From NCBI GenBank assembly GCA_023920165.1, contig CP089274.1, positions 2,728,001 to 2,792,000 on the forward strand: a stretch of 64,000 nt of DNA. The letters run 5' to 3'. Under the pieces are notes generated by a model that was not told where the DNA came from, ran no database searches, and worked only from the letters and a program-made list of their open reading frames with translations. The position numbers were made by a program, and so were the translations under genes. Shown piece after piece: positions 49,176 to 61,529 of the stretch. Positions within the stretch are counted from its first letter, which is position 1; each line of letters begins with the position of its first letter. This DNA comes from Curvularia clavata. Lineage: Eukaryota.

Positions 49176-49877
49176 TCATAGTGGGACTTCGTCCTTGCCC
49201 CACGTAACCTGGGTATCAGATTCCGATCGCGCAATAACCTTGTGTCCAGTGATGGCTACATTCTTCCATTTCAGTGAAGCGCAATTAATAGTACCCTTGA
49301 ACTTGCGGCAGTCGTTGCCAGAGAAGACAATGTATCCCAGATCGGATTCATAGGCACGGTCTCCTTTTGATGCAGGCTGTGACACACCGCTAGACGGTAC
49401 GCCACTCCAGCGGAACCAAAATTTGGGCGAGCGGAAACTGTTTTTCTCGAATGTGTCGAAGCGCGTTTTGGCGGGTGACTCTGGTTCAGTAAAGCTGTCA
49501 CTATCGCCATCTCCTTGCTCATTGTCTTGCTCGTTTGCAACTTCCTCTTCGCCGGGTTCAACATCTGCGATTACTCTTCGCAGAGTATCTCGACTGCCGG
49601 CTAAAATGACTGCAGTCCGCAGTACACCTGGTAGGATGAGTTCGCCTACAACGCCCTCGCCGGATTCTGTCAGCCGGTACAGCTCCAAAGACGCTTCTTG
49701 GTCTTGCTGCGCATCGCCATTTGCACCGAGCACCTTTTGCCAGGCTGGACACTTGACAGAGTAACTGGCGAAAGTCTTGCGAACGTCAAAGGCGCTGGTG
49801 TGTTTGGACTTGCCTGTGCGCCCGGTGCGATTGTGCATGTGTCGCGATGAGAACGCGACATCTTGCCAGTCATCCAT
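49176..49877 (-). CDS. Hypothetical protein
   Basis: Open frame; FEKNSFRSPKFWFRW.G and GYIVFSGN.C..F.GTI.C look like a conserved fungal domain. Start uncertain. Confidence 0.6.
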   Translation of the reverse strand: MDDWQDVAFSSRHMHNRTGRTGKSKHTSAFDVRKTFASYSVKCPAWQKVLGANGDAQQDQEASLELYRLTESGEGVVGELILPGVLRTAVILAGSRDTLRRVIADVEPGEEEVANEQDNEQGDGDSDSFTEPESPAKTRFDTFEKNSFRSPKFWFRWSGVPSSGVSQPASKGDRAYESDLGYIVFSGNDCRKFKGTINCASLKWKNVAITGHKVIARSESDTQVTWGKDEVPL

Positions 49878-50539
49878 CTTGAGGACGTTGTTCGAGAGAG
49901 TACCCTTAGTGAGTTGGATTAACGGTGGTGCTGATGGGTCCCGAGTTGGTCGCGTGTGGTTAGCAAAGACTGGATTAACGTCATAGACTAGTGAACATAT
50001 AGTTATATAGCATACGAGCGAATGTATGGATCGAAGACCCGCCAGTAGTTTTGCCAAGCGGTGTATGCATCATAAATGAGACTGTAGGAGAAGCAATAAG
50101 TCGCGTGCGGGGTGGGTGTCGTCATGCGGACTCCGCATTTCTAACAGATGTGGCGCTGCCTTGTTCTGTGAGATTGGCTTCACAGCTTGAAGATGTCTGG
50201 GCAATTTTCTTTCCAATTTACGAGATGAAAACAGGCTTTGCATGTACCTTTCAGTTTGTGGCCTACACACTACGCATTGGATACGGTACCTCTCGCTCTT
50301 TGCTGAGCCCATCTCATCTCAAGTGACCATGGGCTCTAAGTGGTATCGAAAACAACTGAAATGCTTCTGAATAACACGCGCAGTCTGCCCGAAAGTAAAT
50401 TTTGTTCAAACTATAGTGAAGAATACCTAATCGACAAAGGCTGTGGTTGATCAGAGTGGGGCGGCACGTGAGCAGGCGTCCTTGAGCCCTGGAGATTCTG
50501 AAGCCTCGCGCCGCGATCTGATGAACCGTCACACGCAAC

Positions 50540-51913
50540 ATGCCACCCAAGGGCTCCAAGAAGTCAGCCCCGGCACCACCAAACAAGACTCTGGTCATAG
50601 ATAATGGCGCCTACACTATCAAAGCTGGTCTAGTCGCAGCAGCGACAGAGCCTACGTACGACGGCTGCAGCGTCATACCTAACTGCATCGCGCGCAGCAC
50701 ACGCGACAAACTCACATATGTCGGCGCGGAGCTCGACTCGTGTAAAGATTTTGGGGAGCTGGCATTCCGACGCCCAGTGGAGAAGGGCTTCATCGTCAAC
50801 TGGGAGGCTGAGAAGGCCATTTGGGAACATGAGTTCATGAGTGAGACTGCGGGGGAGGGGCTGAGGGTGGGTATGCACAATCGACAGGGCTGTGAGATAT
50901 TGTTGGCTGATAGAGCATAGGTTGATCCGAAGGAGACAAATCTACTTCTGACTGAGAAACCAAACTGCCCAAAAGAACTTCAGAAGAACTGCGACGAAAT
51001 CGTATTCGAGCAGTTCGAGTTTGCTGCCTACTACAGATGTGTGGGCGCGACACTGAATGCATATAACGGACCCGCTGCCTCATCGCTGTCGTCACCGCCG
51101 CAAGAATGTCTCCTAGTCATCGACACGTCCTACTCCGATACGACTATTTTACCTCTATACAACGGCAAACTTATACAATCAGCAGTAAGACGGCTCACAG
51201 TCGGCGGAAAGCTTCTTACCAACTACCTAAAAGAGCTATCTTCGTTACGCCACTACAACATGATGGAGGAAACATATCTGCTTAACGAAATAAAGGAAGC
51301 TGTCTCGTATGTTGCACCATCGTCACAACATTTCGCTCAAGACCTAGAGCGGACGTGGAAGGGTCGAGTGGGTGCCAAAAGAGAGCTGGATTCGAGCATT
51401 GTTGTCGACTATGTGCTACCGGACTACGAGAACGCGATACATGGCCATGCGCGCCCTCATGATCCTGCAAAGTCACGAATGCGCCGTGGTTTGCAGCCAC
51501 TGCAGGGACCAAGGGAGGACTTGTTGCCTCTAGGCAATGAGCGATTTGCTGTCCCGGAACTGCTATTCAACCCCTCGGACATCGGCATTCAGGAAAATGG
51601 CCTCCCTGGTGCAATCATGGAGTCATTGAGCGGACTTCCAGAAGCTCTTAAAGTCGGTTTCCTGGCGAACATAATTGTCGTAGGTGGGAACTCCCTTATC
51701 ACCGGCTTTATAGAACGATTGGAGACAGAGATGAGGGCCTTGGTGCCAATAGAGTACGTCTTAAATATAGTAAGGGCAGAAGATCCCATCAAGCACACAT
51801 GGCTGGGAGGGGCGCATTTTGCCAGTCAACCGAACTTGATGAAGGAGGTTCTTGTGACTAAGGCGGAGTATGACGAGAGGGGATCGACGTGGCTGGTGAA
51901 GAAGTTTACTTAG
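50540..51913 (+). CDS. ARP6: Actin-related protein 6 (SWR1 complex)
   Basis: LVIDNGAYTIKAG, RRPVEKG.IVNWE, GGKLLTNYLKE, NERFAVPELLFNPSDIG, TWLGG; one intron at ~50867-50920. Confidence 0.92.
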
Positions 51914-52144
51914 ATGATACCCAGCAATGCGCTTTAATTACAAGATTTATCCTGCCTGTCATCACTGAAACGAATTTGCTTATACAACTAGAACAGCGTA
52001 ATGCGTGACGCCTGATATCAACTACAGTGGGTGATGTTCGGGGCTGCTGCGGCTGTGATTGGCTGGGTTTCGGCGTCTTGGCGGGCTGTCAATTGCATTC
52101 GAAGGGATTTCTATCACAAGTTGCACACTACGCATCTCGACCCA

Positions 52145-54056
52145 ATGCGCCGAATACCGCGCCCTTCGCGGGCAACTGACCCGTCACATTCGCTCTACGC
52201 CTCTATATGCCAAAGAGTGTCCCCACTGCCCTCTCGCTGCGCCGTCTCACCTTGCACGCATCTCCGCAGCGCCGCCGCATTTTCTACTACCGCCCCAAAT
52301 TCGTTCCTCCTACCCGGAAAGCAAGACAAGAAGAAGCATCAGCAGTTTGTGCGGCGATGGCAGAAGCGACTCCTTGGTGACTCAGAGCCAATTGGCGCAC
52401 ACGTTGACCCATACGATCCAACGTCACCAGTCCGAATAGCGCCTGAGGAACAGGGCGAGTATGAGGAGGTGCTCGAGGAAGACCGCCCCAATTTTCCCCA
52501 CTACAAGCCATCTGAAAACATCAGTGGCCTTCAGCGTGTGGGTGGAGAGGAATGGCTGAGACAAAAGGTGGAGAGGGACATGGCCAAAGAATTCGAAAAG
52601 CTCACACTGCGGACTTACACCCCGCTGACGCTGGAAATGGCAGACGAGATTGAAGAGCTCACTGGTACACCGTACACACTCAAGGATGAGAACCTGATGA
52701 TGGCCCAAACTGTCCACGAGAAGACGAAACGCCCATACACTGACTACAATTTTGGTCTTCACACAAAAGTCACTCGCCCAAACGAGTTGCGCAACCGTTT
52801 CACCCAGGCCGTTGCCGAGGTTCATGCCATGAAGCAGGCTGGTCTTGGCATGGATTTCTCCCAGTTTGCGAACCGTGGAATTTACGATGCACCACGCTGG
52901 GTTAAAGATATCAAATTGGTCAAGACAGAGAGCGGAGATCTCGCCCTCTCCTTCCCCCAGCACAAGAGCCTTGAACAGCTTCTGGAGACTATGCAAAGTG
53001 CGCCAACTTGGGAGCCTTCTTTCGAAGAGTCAGCGGAACTTCTCGTGGAGGAAGGTGGGGATGCCGTTTCAACAGAAGAGCAAATTCCTACAATGGACCC
53101 TAACACTCCGGCACACAAGCGAGCAGCTGTGGTTAAGATGGATTCTGAAAAGAAGCCTTTTGACTTTATGTCGAACCGCCCTGTGCCACGTAGTAAGCCA
53201 GCTCAAGAGCCAGTTGTTGAGCAGGCCGCTGTTGAGGACACAACACCGACAGCCACTTCGACAGAGCCTCACACCCAGAAAACAGATTCTCAGCCTGCAA
53301 AAGAGTCAACGAGTGAGCTGCGAGCCTCGATCCTCGAAGAGAAGGCGCAGCGATTGGCTCAGGAGTTTGCAGCTTTGAAAAAGGCTGCGCAAGAAAGCCG
53401 ATCAAATGCATCTGCCGTTCAACCCGAAGAGACAAAGTGGCGACAAATTCAAGTGACTGACATCAACCTCAAGTTTGCTGTAAGTGCTGTCCAGTGTAGT
53501 TCCCTCATGAATACCACTCTAACTTGACCAGCTCTACAAACGTCTATACCAGTTGACAGGTCATCGCATCTCTGACCCAGATCTTTCTTCTGCAAACACT
53601 CTGGGAGATTTATACAACAGCCTCTGCCTAGCCGCCAAGCCCCAACCCAACAGCCTCTTCTCCGCAATCCACGTTGAAGGTCAGAAGGCGCGCGAAAAGG
53701 CTAAGCAACAAGTAGCGACGGCTGCTGAGAAGAAGCGGAAAGCTGATCTCGGCGATTTGATCAACATGGGCAATGTCGAGCTCCGCCGCGTCAAGCCAAC
53801 GAAGGCAGAAAAGCGAAGCAAGACCGGTCTCGACAAGGTGGTCAATTACGCGCTATGGGAGCGTGGTTTGAGCACTGGCATGCCACTCAGGACAGTCAAG
53901 AAGGGAAAGCGAAAAGCACGCACTGTGGTTGGATTGTCACGAAAGCGAGCGGAGTTTTCGAAACCATTGAGTAGTAAGGGTGCGGATTTCTTGGCGAAGA
54001 AGACGAGAATGTGGAGCGAGGGGCGGGAGGCAGCCGCTCAAGCCTCCGCTGTTTAA
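52145..54056 (+). CDS. Probable mitochondrial large-subunit ribosomal protein mL50-like
   Basis: Arg/Ser-rich mitochondrial-targeting-like N-terminus; LKFA|LYKRLYQLTGHRISD across an intron (~53479-53531) matches the L50 motif. Confidence 0.7.
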
Positions 54057-54859
54057 GTCCCAAATGAATGGATGGAATAAGATGTTCGAAAAGAATAGGA
54101 AACGAAGGTGTACTATACGTGTATCTGCTTTATGAAGGTATCAAGAAAACCTTTCTTAAAGGTTGACAAACTCGAGTCGCTCCCATAGTTCTACCAGTGC
54201 CCGTTTCGTGTGTAGTAGCTCAGCACACGCTCAGAATAATCAGCGAAGACTTTACGTTGTTAGATGCCGATTATGGTGTGAAACACGCTAATATCTACTC
54301 AAAGATATCAGATCGGGTTACATGCCCGCCCGGCAAGTATTCCATGAACGAATTCAAGCTTTGCCCAGTTATCTTGGCACCGATAAGCAGGTGGAGACTC
54401 CTGCTCGGACTATTGAATCAAACACAGTAAGCACCGGCTGTTGTGAACCTTGTTATCTTAACAGAATAGACTTGGTAACATTGAGGGCTAATTCAATGTG
54501 TGCCCAATAGGTCAATGCAGCGCGTAGTACACAAACAACTATGTACTACTTTCTCCATCTAAGTACGATAAGGACGATAGAAGTGATCCATTACAGCCCT
54601 TGCCATTGGATGCCTCCACCAAGCATACAAGTAGTATATGCCGTGTAACTACTAAGATCGGCCGTGGGGCAGTAGCCCCATGTCGTTTCTCCGCATCGGC
54701 GTTGCAACGGCGCTTTTAATCTGCATACCCAGGTACTCCGCAAGCAACCCAGGGTACAAAGAGATAAACTATCGGCAGAGATGTCCGCACGGTGCAGCAC
54801 TTCGAACCATCTCCTTTCTTTCTCTTCTTCTTTAACTCTTCACTGTCTCTCAACACGCC

Positions 54860-56457
54860 ATGGAAGACGCAGAAAAGGCCAAAGGCAAGACCAGCGTCTC
54901 CAGTGACAATGGCATCGACCTTGCCACCTACGAGACAGAGACAGGACTTCTGGCCCGACTACGAGCGCTGGAAGCGAGGCTGGATGCCAAACTGGGTGTT
55001 GAGGCTGAGGCCATCACCAGAAAACTTCCAGAGGACAAAGGCCATGTGCCGTGGCATCAGCAGCTCAACATGATTTTCATATGGGCCTCAGGCTCAATGA
55101 ACACGTCTTGTTTTGCGATTGGATTTTTGGGCTATGAACTGGGATTGAGTAAGCAATTCAATCCTATATACCATACAGATCATCAGGATATGAGAAGCTA
55201 ATAGTTACTGCGACGATAGCGCTCCGGCAGTCCATTTGCATCACCATCGCGGCGACTCTACTTGGAGGAGCATCAACAGGGTTCGCAGCTACATTTGGAC
55301 CACCGATGGGTCTTCGACAGATCTCGATTTCGCGATATTCGTTTGGCTGGTGGCCTACAAAGATCATTGCTGCGCTCAACACCATACAGCAAGTCGGCTG
55401 GGCAGCAGTCGCTTGTATCGCAGGTGGGCTGGCACTGACTGCCGTCGCGGATGGACACGTCTCGCTCGTCGTGGGCATCGTCATTATTGTCCTGGTATCG
55501 ACAGTCATCTCGTTTGTTGGGCTCCGCGCAGTCTTGTTTTACGAGCGCTACGCGTGGTTCATCTTCTTTGTGATTTTCCTCATTATCTTCGGCGAGACGG
55601 GGAAATACACAGATAACAGCACGAAGACGAGCTTACATGGTATAGACCTGGGTGGCGGGGTACTTACCTTGTTTGCAATCGTATACGGCAGTTCAGCGTC
55701 ATGGCAAGTCATTGCGTCGGATTACTACGTCCATTATCCCGTTGACGTGAGTCGATGGAAAGTCTTCTTCTTGACTACTATTGGCGTCGCGCTCCCCACT
55801 TCACTCGGCATGGCAGCTGGCACCGTCGTTGCCTTTGGCATGAACAACCGTCCTGACTGGAAAGAAGTCTATACAACCCAGGGGCTGGGTTTTCTTGTCC
55901 AGACTATACTATATCCGCGTGGATTTGCAAAGGTGATTCTCACTTTGCTTGTCCTTTCTGGTATCAACACCAACGTTATTTCCATGTATAGCGCTGCGAT
56001 ATCGTGCCAACAGTTTGCACGACCTCTCGCACGCATACCTCGCATTATTTGGGTACTACTATCTTCTGCATGCATTCTTGGTCTCGCGATCGGAGGCCGT
56101 GCAAAGTTGAGCGTGTACCTCCAGAATTTCCTGAGCCTTCTTGGATACTGGTGCACGCAGTACTTTGTTATCTTGTGCAGCGAGCACGTTATTTTCCGCG
56201 GCATGAACTTTGACAATTATGATTTAGATGCTTGGAACGATCCTGATCGTTTGCCATTAGGACTTGCTGCGGGATCTGCGTTTGGCATCGGCACTATTGC
56301 TTGGGTTATGGGTATGGTGCAGACATGGTTTGTGGGACCGCTTGGACGTTTGATTGGCGTTGGAGGTGGCGATATTGGAAATGAGTTCACGTTTGTCGTC
56401 ACAGCTCTCATCTATATTCCGGCAAGATACATGGAAAGGAAAATCATTGGGAGGTGA
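54860..56457 (+). CDS. NCS1-family purine-cytosine / vitamin B6 permease (Fcy2/Tpn1-like)
   Basis: FGP..GLRQ..ISRYSFG, DYYVHYP, N....YSAA and NFLSLLGYW motifs; many TM segments; intron at ~55148-55219. Confidence 0.9.
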
Positions 56458-57029
56458 TTGACTTCAGCGCCAGGAAATGCAGAACACAAGAGGCTGTGTG
56501 TATATGATGGTGGCAGCTATCGTAGGTGAAAGGTCTTTTGTGCACAATACCCTTTTGTAGTTGATATGGGAAAGGAGAATGTACGTGAGAAAGAGCAGCT
56601 CTTATAGCAGGGCTTAGGTAAGTCAGACCCAGGAAGAGCGCTCAGTTCTATATGCACCTGTGTAGTGTGCCGGTGTACAGGGTTACTAGTGACCTGATGC
56701 TAGGGTCTAGTCTCTATGGCTTACTCTCTATAAAAAAGAGCCTTTGGAGACGTCCCTAAGAGCAGCTATCTGGCAGATATCAGTTTTGACTGCACAGGTA
56801 GACAACAATGCAAGGACAATTCTCCTATGTTTGACTCTTGCTACTCTTTGATCCTATGAGTGCTTCTGGATTTCGGGTTGCACACTGGATAGGTATTGTG
56901 GTTCGACACGCTATACTCCCGTTCAATAGTACCAAACGTTGTAAGAGAAGAGTGAGAAGAGTGAAGATGATAGGAATATATTTCATGCACAGCCAAGCTT
57001 CTAAGCTACGTAGCCATCTATGAACCCTA

Positions 57030-57455
57030 GGATAGAGACATAATATCACTCAACAGCTAGTTAGCAATTGTAAAAGATAGAATGTGGACATCGAGATCGC
57101 AAGTGAGAATGAGAGAGAAAGGCTCTAGCTCATTACACTGTACGGTAGGTGAGTACATACCTGGTTGAGAAATGTCCTAGTCTAGACCAGTCTCTCATCA
57201 CAGCAACTACAGAAATTGATCAAGATGCATTGCTAATGCTTGGTTAGTAAAAGTACTATCAGTGAGAATATCAGACCTTAGGAAAAGCTTACGCCAAGAA
57301 CCTTACATCATCTACAGATAGATCAAGAAGCCAGTGGTTCGAACATAAGTCCGTGCTTGACGAGCCATAAGCGACTCCCTCCCCTTCCCTTGAATGCGCG
57401 TGATTCCCGCCACTAGTGTAGCGAAGGCTAGGGGTAGAGTAATAAAAAGCTTCAT
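57030..57455 (-). pseudogene. Possible disrupted small secreted Cys-rich protein gene
   Basis: Signal peptide MKLFITLPLAFATLVAG. Canonical introns (GTAAGC..ACTAAC..TAG at 57292-57233; GTATGT..GCTAAC..TAG) flank CKVLG|QCILINFCSCCDERLV*, but there are in-frame stops. Confidence 0.35.
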
Positions 57456-57590
57456 TTCGATGAAGGTCAGGAAGATTGTACTGATGGGAAGAAGGACTGT
57501 AGCAGCGAGCGATAAGTGGGAAAAGTGTAAAATTGATTCACACCTTTCTAGGTGTCTCATATATCTATATTTATATGAGCAACTAATACG

Positions 57591-57636
57591 CTCCGACGGA
57601 ACGTCTTCTCAATACTCCCACGGAACGTCTTCTCAA
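57591..57636. repeat. Tandem 24-bp duplication CTCC(G/C)ACGGAACGTCTTCTCAA
   Basis: Two near-identical copies read directly at 57591 and 57615. Confidence 0.85.
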
Positions 57637-58265
57637 CCCTCTCACAGCGCCGTGGTCGCACTGAGTCCCCTGTGGAGTTTTGAGTGATGTATCGAAGCGC
57701 AGTGCCGCGTTTGGCTCTGGATGATGATGTGTGTAGTGTCTCCGTCAGCATATTTGTTGTGTAGCCAACGCAGCGGAGAGTGGCTGACTGTGGTGAGATG
57801 AGAGATGCATAGGGTCACGTGGTTAGCAGGAGCCGCCTCAACCACAGTGCTCAACACACTAGCAAGGTACGGCATGCGGCCAGCGTATCGTTCTCGATCA
57901 ACTTGGATTCTTACACGCAGATAATCACTGACGCAATACCTGCCCAATTGCCTCCTGCCACGCACACAGAGTTGACTGCCCGCTACACCGGATCCCCTTT
58001 GTCACAACCACAATCACTAGCCGCAGCTGCTCTTCGGAAGGAAGAATCAATCATGATCACAGTACGCTTCTGCTCCCTCTAACATGTCCTCCCCGCACTT
58101 CCTTACTTATGTTCTGCACGCTCTTTTCCCGACTTGGCGCCTCGACTCTGCAGAGCCAAGCAGGCTGCAAAGTCTGGGTTGAGAATTCCAATCCTTTACT
58201 ATTGCTTTGTCTCTCCATCTCAGTCTCAACCTTTCTCATCGCTATAGCGGCCGATAATTGCAACT

Positions 58266-58994
58266 ATGAGTTCGCATTTGCTTACAACACCATCCAATAC
58301 TTTGCCACCCCTTCTGCGACTTCCAGCTGAGTTGCACTTGGCCATCATCTCGTTTCTCCCAGATCTCGAGGATGCCAAAGATGAAGACGATCTAGCACTT
58401 CTTCAACTTCGTCGAACGAGTCATTACTTTCGCGGCCTTGTTCCTCCTCCGACCTACAACAATCTTCTCTTTCTCGAAGTAACTTTGTTCAGAAACTCAG
58501 CATATGCCTGTCAATTCTGTCTTCGTCTCCGGCCAAAAACAAAGTTTGCTGCATCTATGCTCCACCCCAGAAAAGGAAAGAAGAGACGAGCTCAGTTGTT
58601 CTGCGCAGATTGCGGATTTGATACAACAGTCGTGGGGAAGAGTCAGCGGTATTGCCCTGGTACAAGAGCAGTTGTTGACGGAGTTGACTGGATATGGTGC
58701 AAGGACTGCAAGGTAGTGAAAAAACATGAAGAGGCAGATTCAAAGTGTGTTGGGCTTTGTAAGGCGTGCTATACCTTTTTGGGCTGTAGATGCCGTCCGA
58801 AATGCGGTAAGCCACCAAGTTGTAAGACTCCACCATATGAGAGTGCCTTGATACCACCACGTAATATGGTGCCAGAAGCGAGCTCGGGGCACATTAGCTT
58901 CTTCACTACTTATAGAGGGAGTGATGGAGATGATTTTTGGGAAGACCAGTATGAAATGTGGCAGGAAGATGACGATGATTGGCGTTCGCCGTAG
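58266..58994 (+). CDS. F-box-like protein with Cys-rich (CxxC) C-terminal region
   Basis: LLRLPAELHLAIISFL...LLQLRRTS..FR F-box-like motif; CQFC, CADC, CKDC and CKAC pairs. Confidence 0.8.
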   Translation: MSSHLLTTPSNTLPPLLRLPAELHLAIISFLPDLEDAKDEDDLALLQLRRTSHYFRGLVPPPTYNNLLFLEVTLFRNSAYACQFCLRLRPKTKFAASMLHPRKGKKRRAQLFCADCGFDTTVVGKSQRYCPGTRAVVDGVDWIWCKDCKVVKKHEEADSKCVGLCKACYTFLGCRCRPKCGKPPSCKTPPYESALIPPRNMVPEASSGHISFFTTYRGSDGDDFWEDQYEMWQEDDDDWRSP

Positions 58995-60464
58995 GGCTTA
59001 TCTACTGGTTAATCTGTATGCCTCCTAGACGCAATTTACCATAGAGGAGCTGATTTTCTAACTATTACCCGCTATGCTAGTTCAAATACAGTATCAAGTA
59101 TGATGCCCTTCTAAGCAATACCGTGTTATTCGTGCAAATTTCGTAACCTGCTCAATGGTTATCTTGTTGTGACATGGCCTACAATGGGATAACGATATTC
59201 TGTTAGCTCAAGTCAGTCAGCACATGTGACAATCGCTACTAAAGGATAAGTGTAAACCAAGATAGGTGATTATATTCGAGACGAGAAGTTCTATGTTGCG
59301 TTCTAAATTTAATGCTAGCTTAATACTCAAGTACTAGCTAGAGTACCGAGGCTGTATAATCCAGCGCCCCATGGCAGCTACATAGAGCCAATACGACTCT
59401 GTCACCTGAGAGCCAAGCTCTTGGAGTTAAGGAGGACATCCCTATCTAGTTTGAGAGCTACAACGGCCTTCTAGTGTTGCTCATCGAGACATGCTGTTTG
59501 AGCGCCTGATGAGATATTCTATATTTTGGGTGTATTAGCGAGTGTGTAGATATAATGTATTGCTAAGAACTAGAACTAGATACATATAAGAAATCCAGGT
59601 ACGTTATGTATGAAGGCCATAGATTTGTCATATATGCGCGAAGAGTGACATCTTCTTGACTTGAGTTACCTTGCCTACTTGCCAGCGCAGAGGGTTTTCC
59701 TAGCTTTAGGGATGATGTTCATATTGCTCTTAAATAATGCCTGGATTTTAGTCTCTGGGCAACGCTTGCAGACATGTATTCGCACTGGTACACATGTATG
59801 CTTCTGTCACATCAAGAACACTACTTCACGTATTGTGAGCGACACCAGTACGTATTTCCAGACAATCACTGTCCTCAATCAAATATCTCGGTTCCTTGAA
59901 GTACCCAGCTGCGAGACTGATCAAGCGCCTCATATTCGATCTGAGAAATCTAGCACTGAGAAGAAAAGGTCATCACAATGCTGTTTGCACAGGCACGATG
60001 AGTTTGGATCGCGACATCTCCCATCACGTATGGAAGAGACTTTACAGTACGATATAGGCACCAAGTGATTTCAAATGTTTTTACCATTGATGAAAAGCTG
60101 AGTGTTCTGCTGAATCACTCGCGTGTTTGTAATGCTACATGAAAGCCACTCTCTTTTCGAGTAATGGCAATACCATAATCGGGCACTTCGAAACTCCTTT
60201 TTCGTTTTGATCTTACATAACTCGTCAGTATAACTGTTCTGGTATTTTGCTCAATCAATCAAACTTCAGCTTTCAGCTGATCCTCTTCTGTCTCTGGGTA
60301 GGTTGCGCGTTGGGTTCACTTCCTTGCATGCGCTCTCGCTTTCTTCTTGCAAAACCTGCATGCTCCTTTGTTTCAGTTTCAGTAGCTTCTTGGTGACAAT
60401 GACTTGTAGCGTGTGGTGGGTGGCTTGATGGCAGTTTCCGTATCAAGCGCGCTTTGAGGATAGC

Positions 60465-61529
60465 TCAATCTTCGCCAAACACAATGAAGCTTGACTCGTC
60501 GTCAATTTCCCAGTATGTGCAACTGCCCTCACTATCATCGTCGCTGTACTCATCGCTGTCCTCGTCCTCCTCGGCATCTTCCCAGTCACTGTCACCGTCA
60601 TCATCTTCGATTTCATCGATCTTGTCAAGATTTTGAAACGATTTGAGCAATTTGGGAGCTGGCTCAGCCTCATCAGCGACTGGCTCCGACTCATCGATGA
60701 CGTCACGGTTTCCTGAGTGATAATAATCTTCTGAGTCTTCAGAGATCATATCTTCATAGTGATCATCGTACTCTGCCACGGTGTATTTTCCGGGTTCGTA
60801 CCGCGGTGAGTTGTGATAGAAGTATACGTCGGGTCTTCCGGGTTCGAAATCTGTGTCCGGGGCGAATGTGACTGTTGAGCCCTTTTTGGGGCGCGGTCGT
60901 TCATCTACGCATCCTGATATGTCGGCTGACACGTCGGACCAATAGAGTTCCAATGCCTTGGACGCGGTTTGTACGTTCTCTTGCTTCTCCTCTGGGTGTT
61001 TTGCTGACCATTTGGCTTCTTGTTCCGCCATGACTTCAAGAACCAAGAGCTCCTTGATTGCGCTTACTTTGCCTTTGGACCATGCATTGTAAACCTTGTC
61101 TTGATGGTCGGAGCTTTTCAGGGTGCATGATGGTGGGTGTCCGCCTGCATCCTCAAGGGCTTGTGACATAACGTGCATGTACTTGACGTGCATGTCGATT
61201 GTACAGACAGGACATCGCGATTGGAAATGGCCTGCGGCTACTGGGTGCAAGGTGTGCTGGCAGACTGATGCAACAGGCGCATCAGATTTAGACTCTTTGG
61301 TAACTGAAGAGGCGGCTACGATGTGGCCGGTGATGTCGTCAAAGATATCGGAAAAGTAGCCAGAGTCTTGTCGCTTCAACCACTGCTGAAAGTCTTCGTA
61401 TTCAACTGCTGTGGGGATGAATCCTCGCTCCTTCGGCTGAAGAGTGGTATGTAAGCATTGCCAGCGGTTATACAACTTCATTTCCCGCGGTGAAAAAATG
61501 ACCTTGGCGGAGAGATCCGAATGCGCCAT
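60465..61529 (-). CDS. Hypothetical protein with a C/H cluster and a very acidic C-terminus
   Basis: Long ORF, likely start MAHSDL at 61529; CQH.LHP..CPVC and V.F..DT.F..GRP motifs; D/E-rich tail. Confidence 0.65.
   Translation of the reverse strand: MAHSDLSAKVIFSPREMKLYNRWQCLHTTLQPKERGFIPTAVEYEDFQQWLKRQDSGYFSDIFDDITGHIVAASSVTKESKSDAPVASVCQHTLHPVAAGHFQSRCPVCTIDMHVKYMHVMSQALEDAGGHPPSCTLKSSDHQDKVYNAWSKGKVSAIKELLVLEVMAEQEAKWSAKHPEEKQENVQTASKALELYWSDVSADISGCVDERPRPKKGSTVTFAPDTDFEPGRPDVYFYHNSPRYEPGKYTVAEYDDHYEDMISEDSEDYYHSGNRDVIDESEPVADEAEPAPKLLKSFQNLDKIDEIEDDDGDSDWEDAEEDEDSDEYSDDDSEGSCTYWEIDDESSFIVFGED

Noticed and set aside
54860..56457. Purine-cytosine permease as part of the nucleoside cluster
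   Set aside because: About 27 kb away and separated by core genes (ARP6, mL50); the family is common in fungi.
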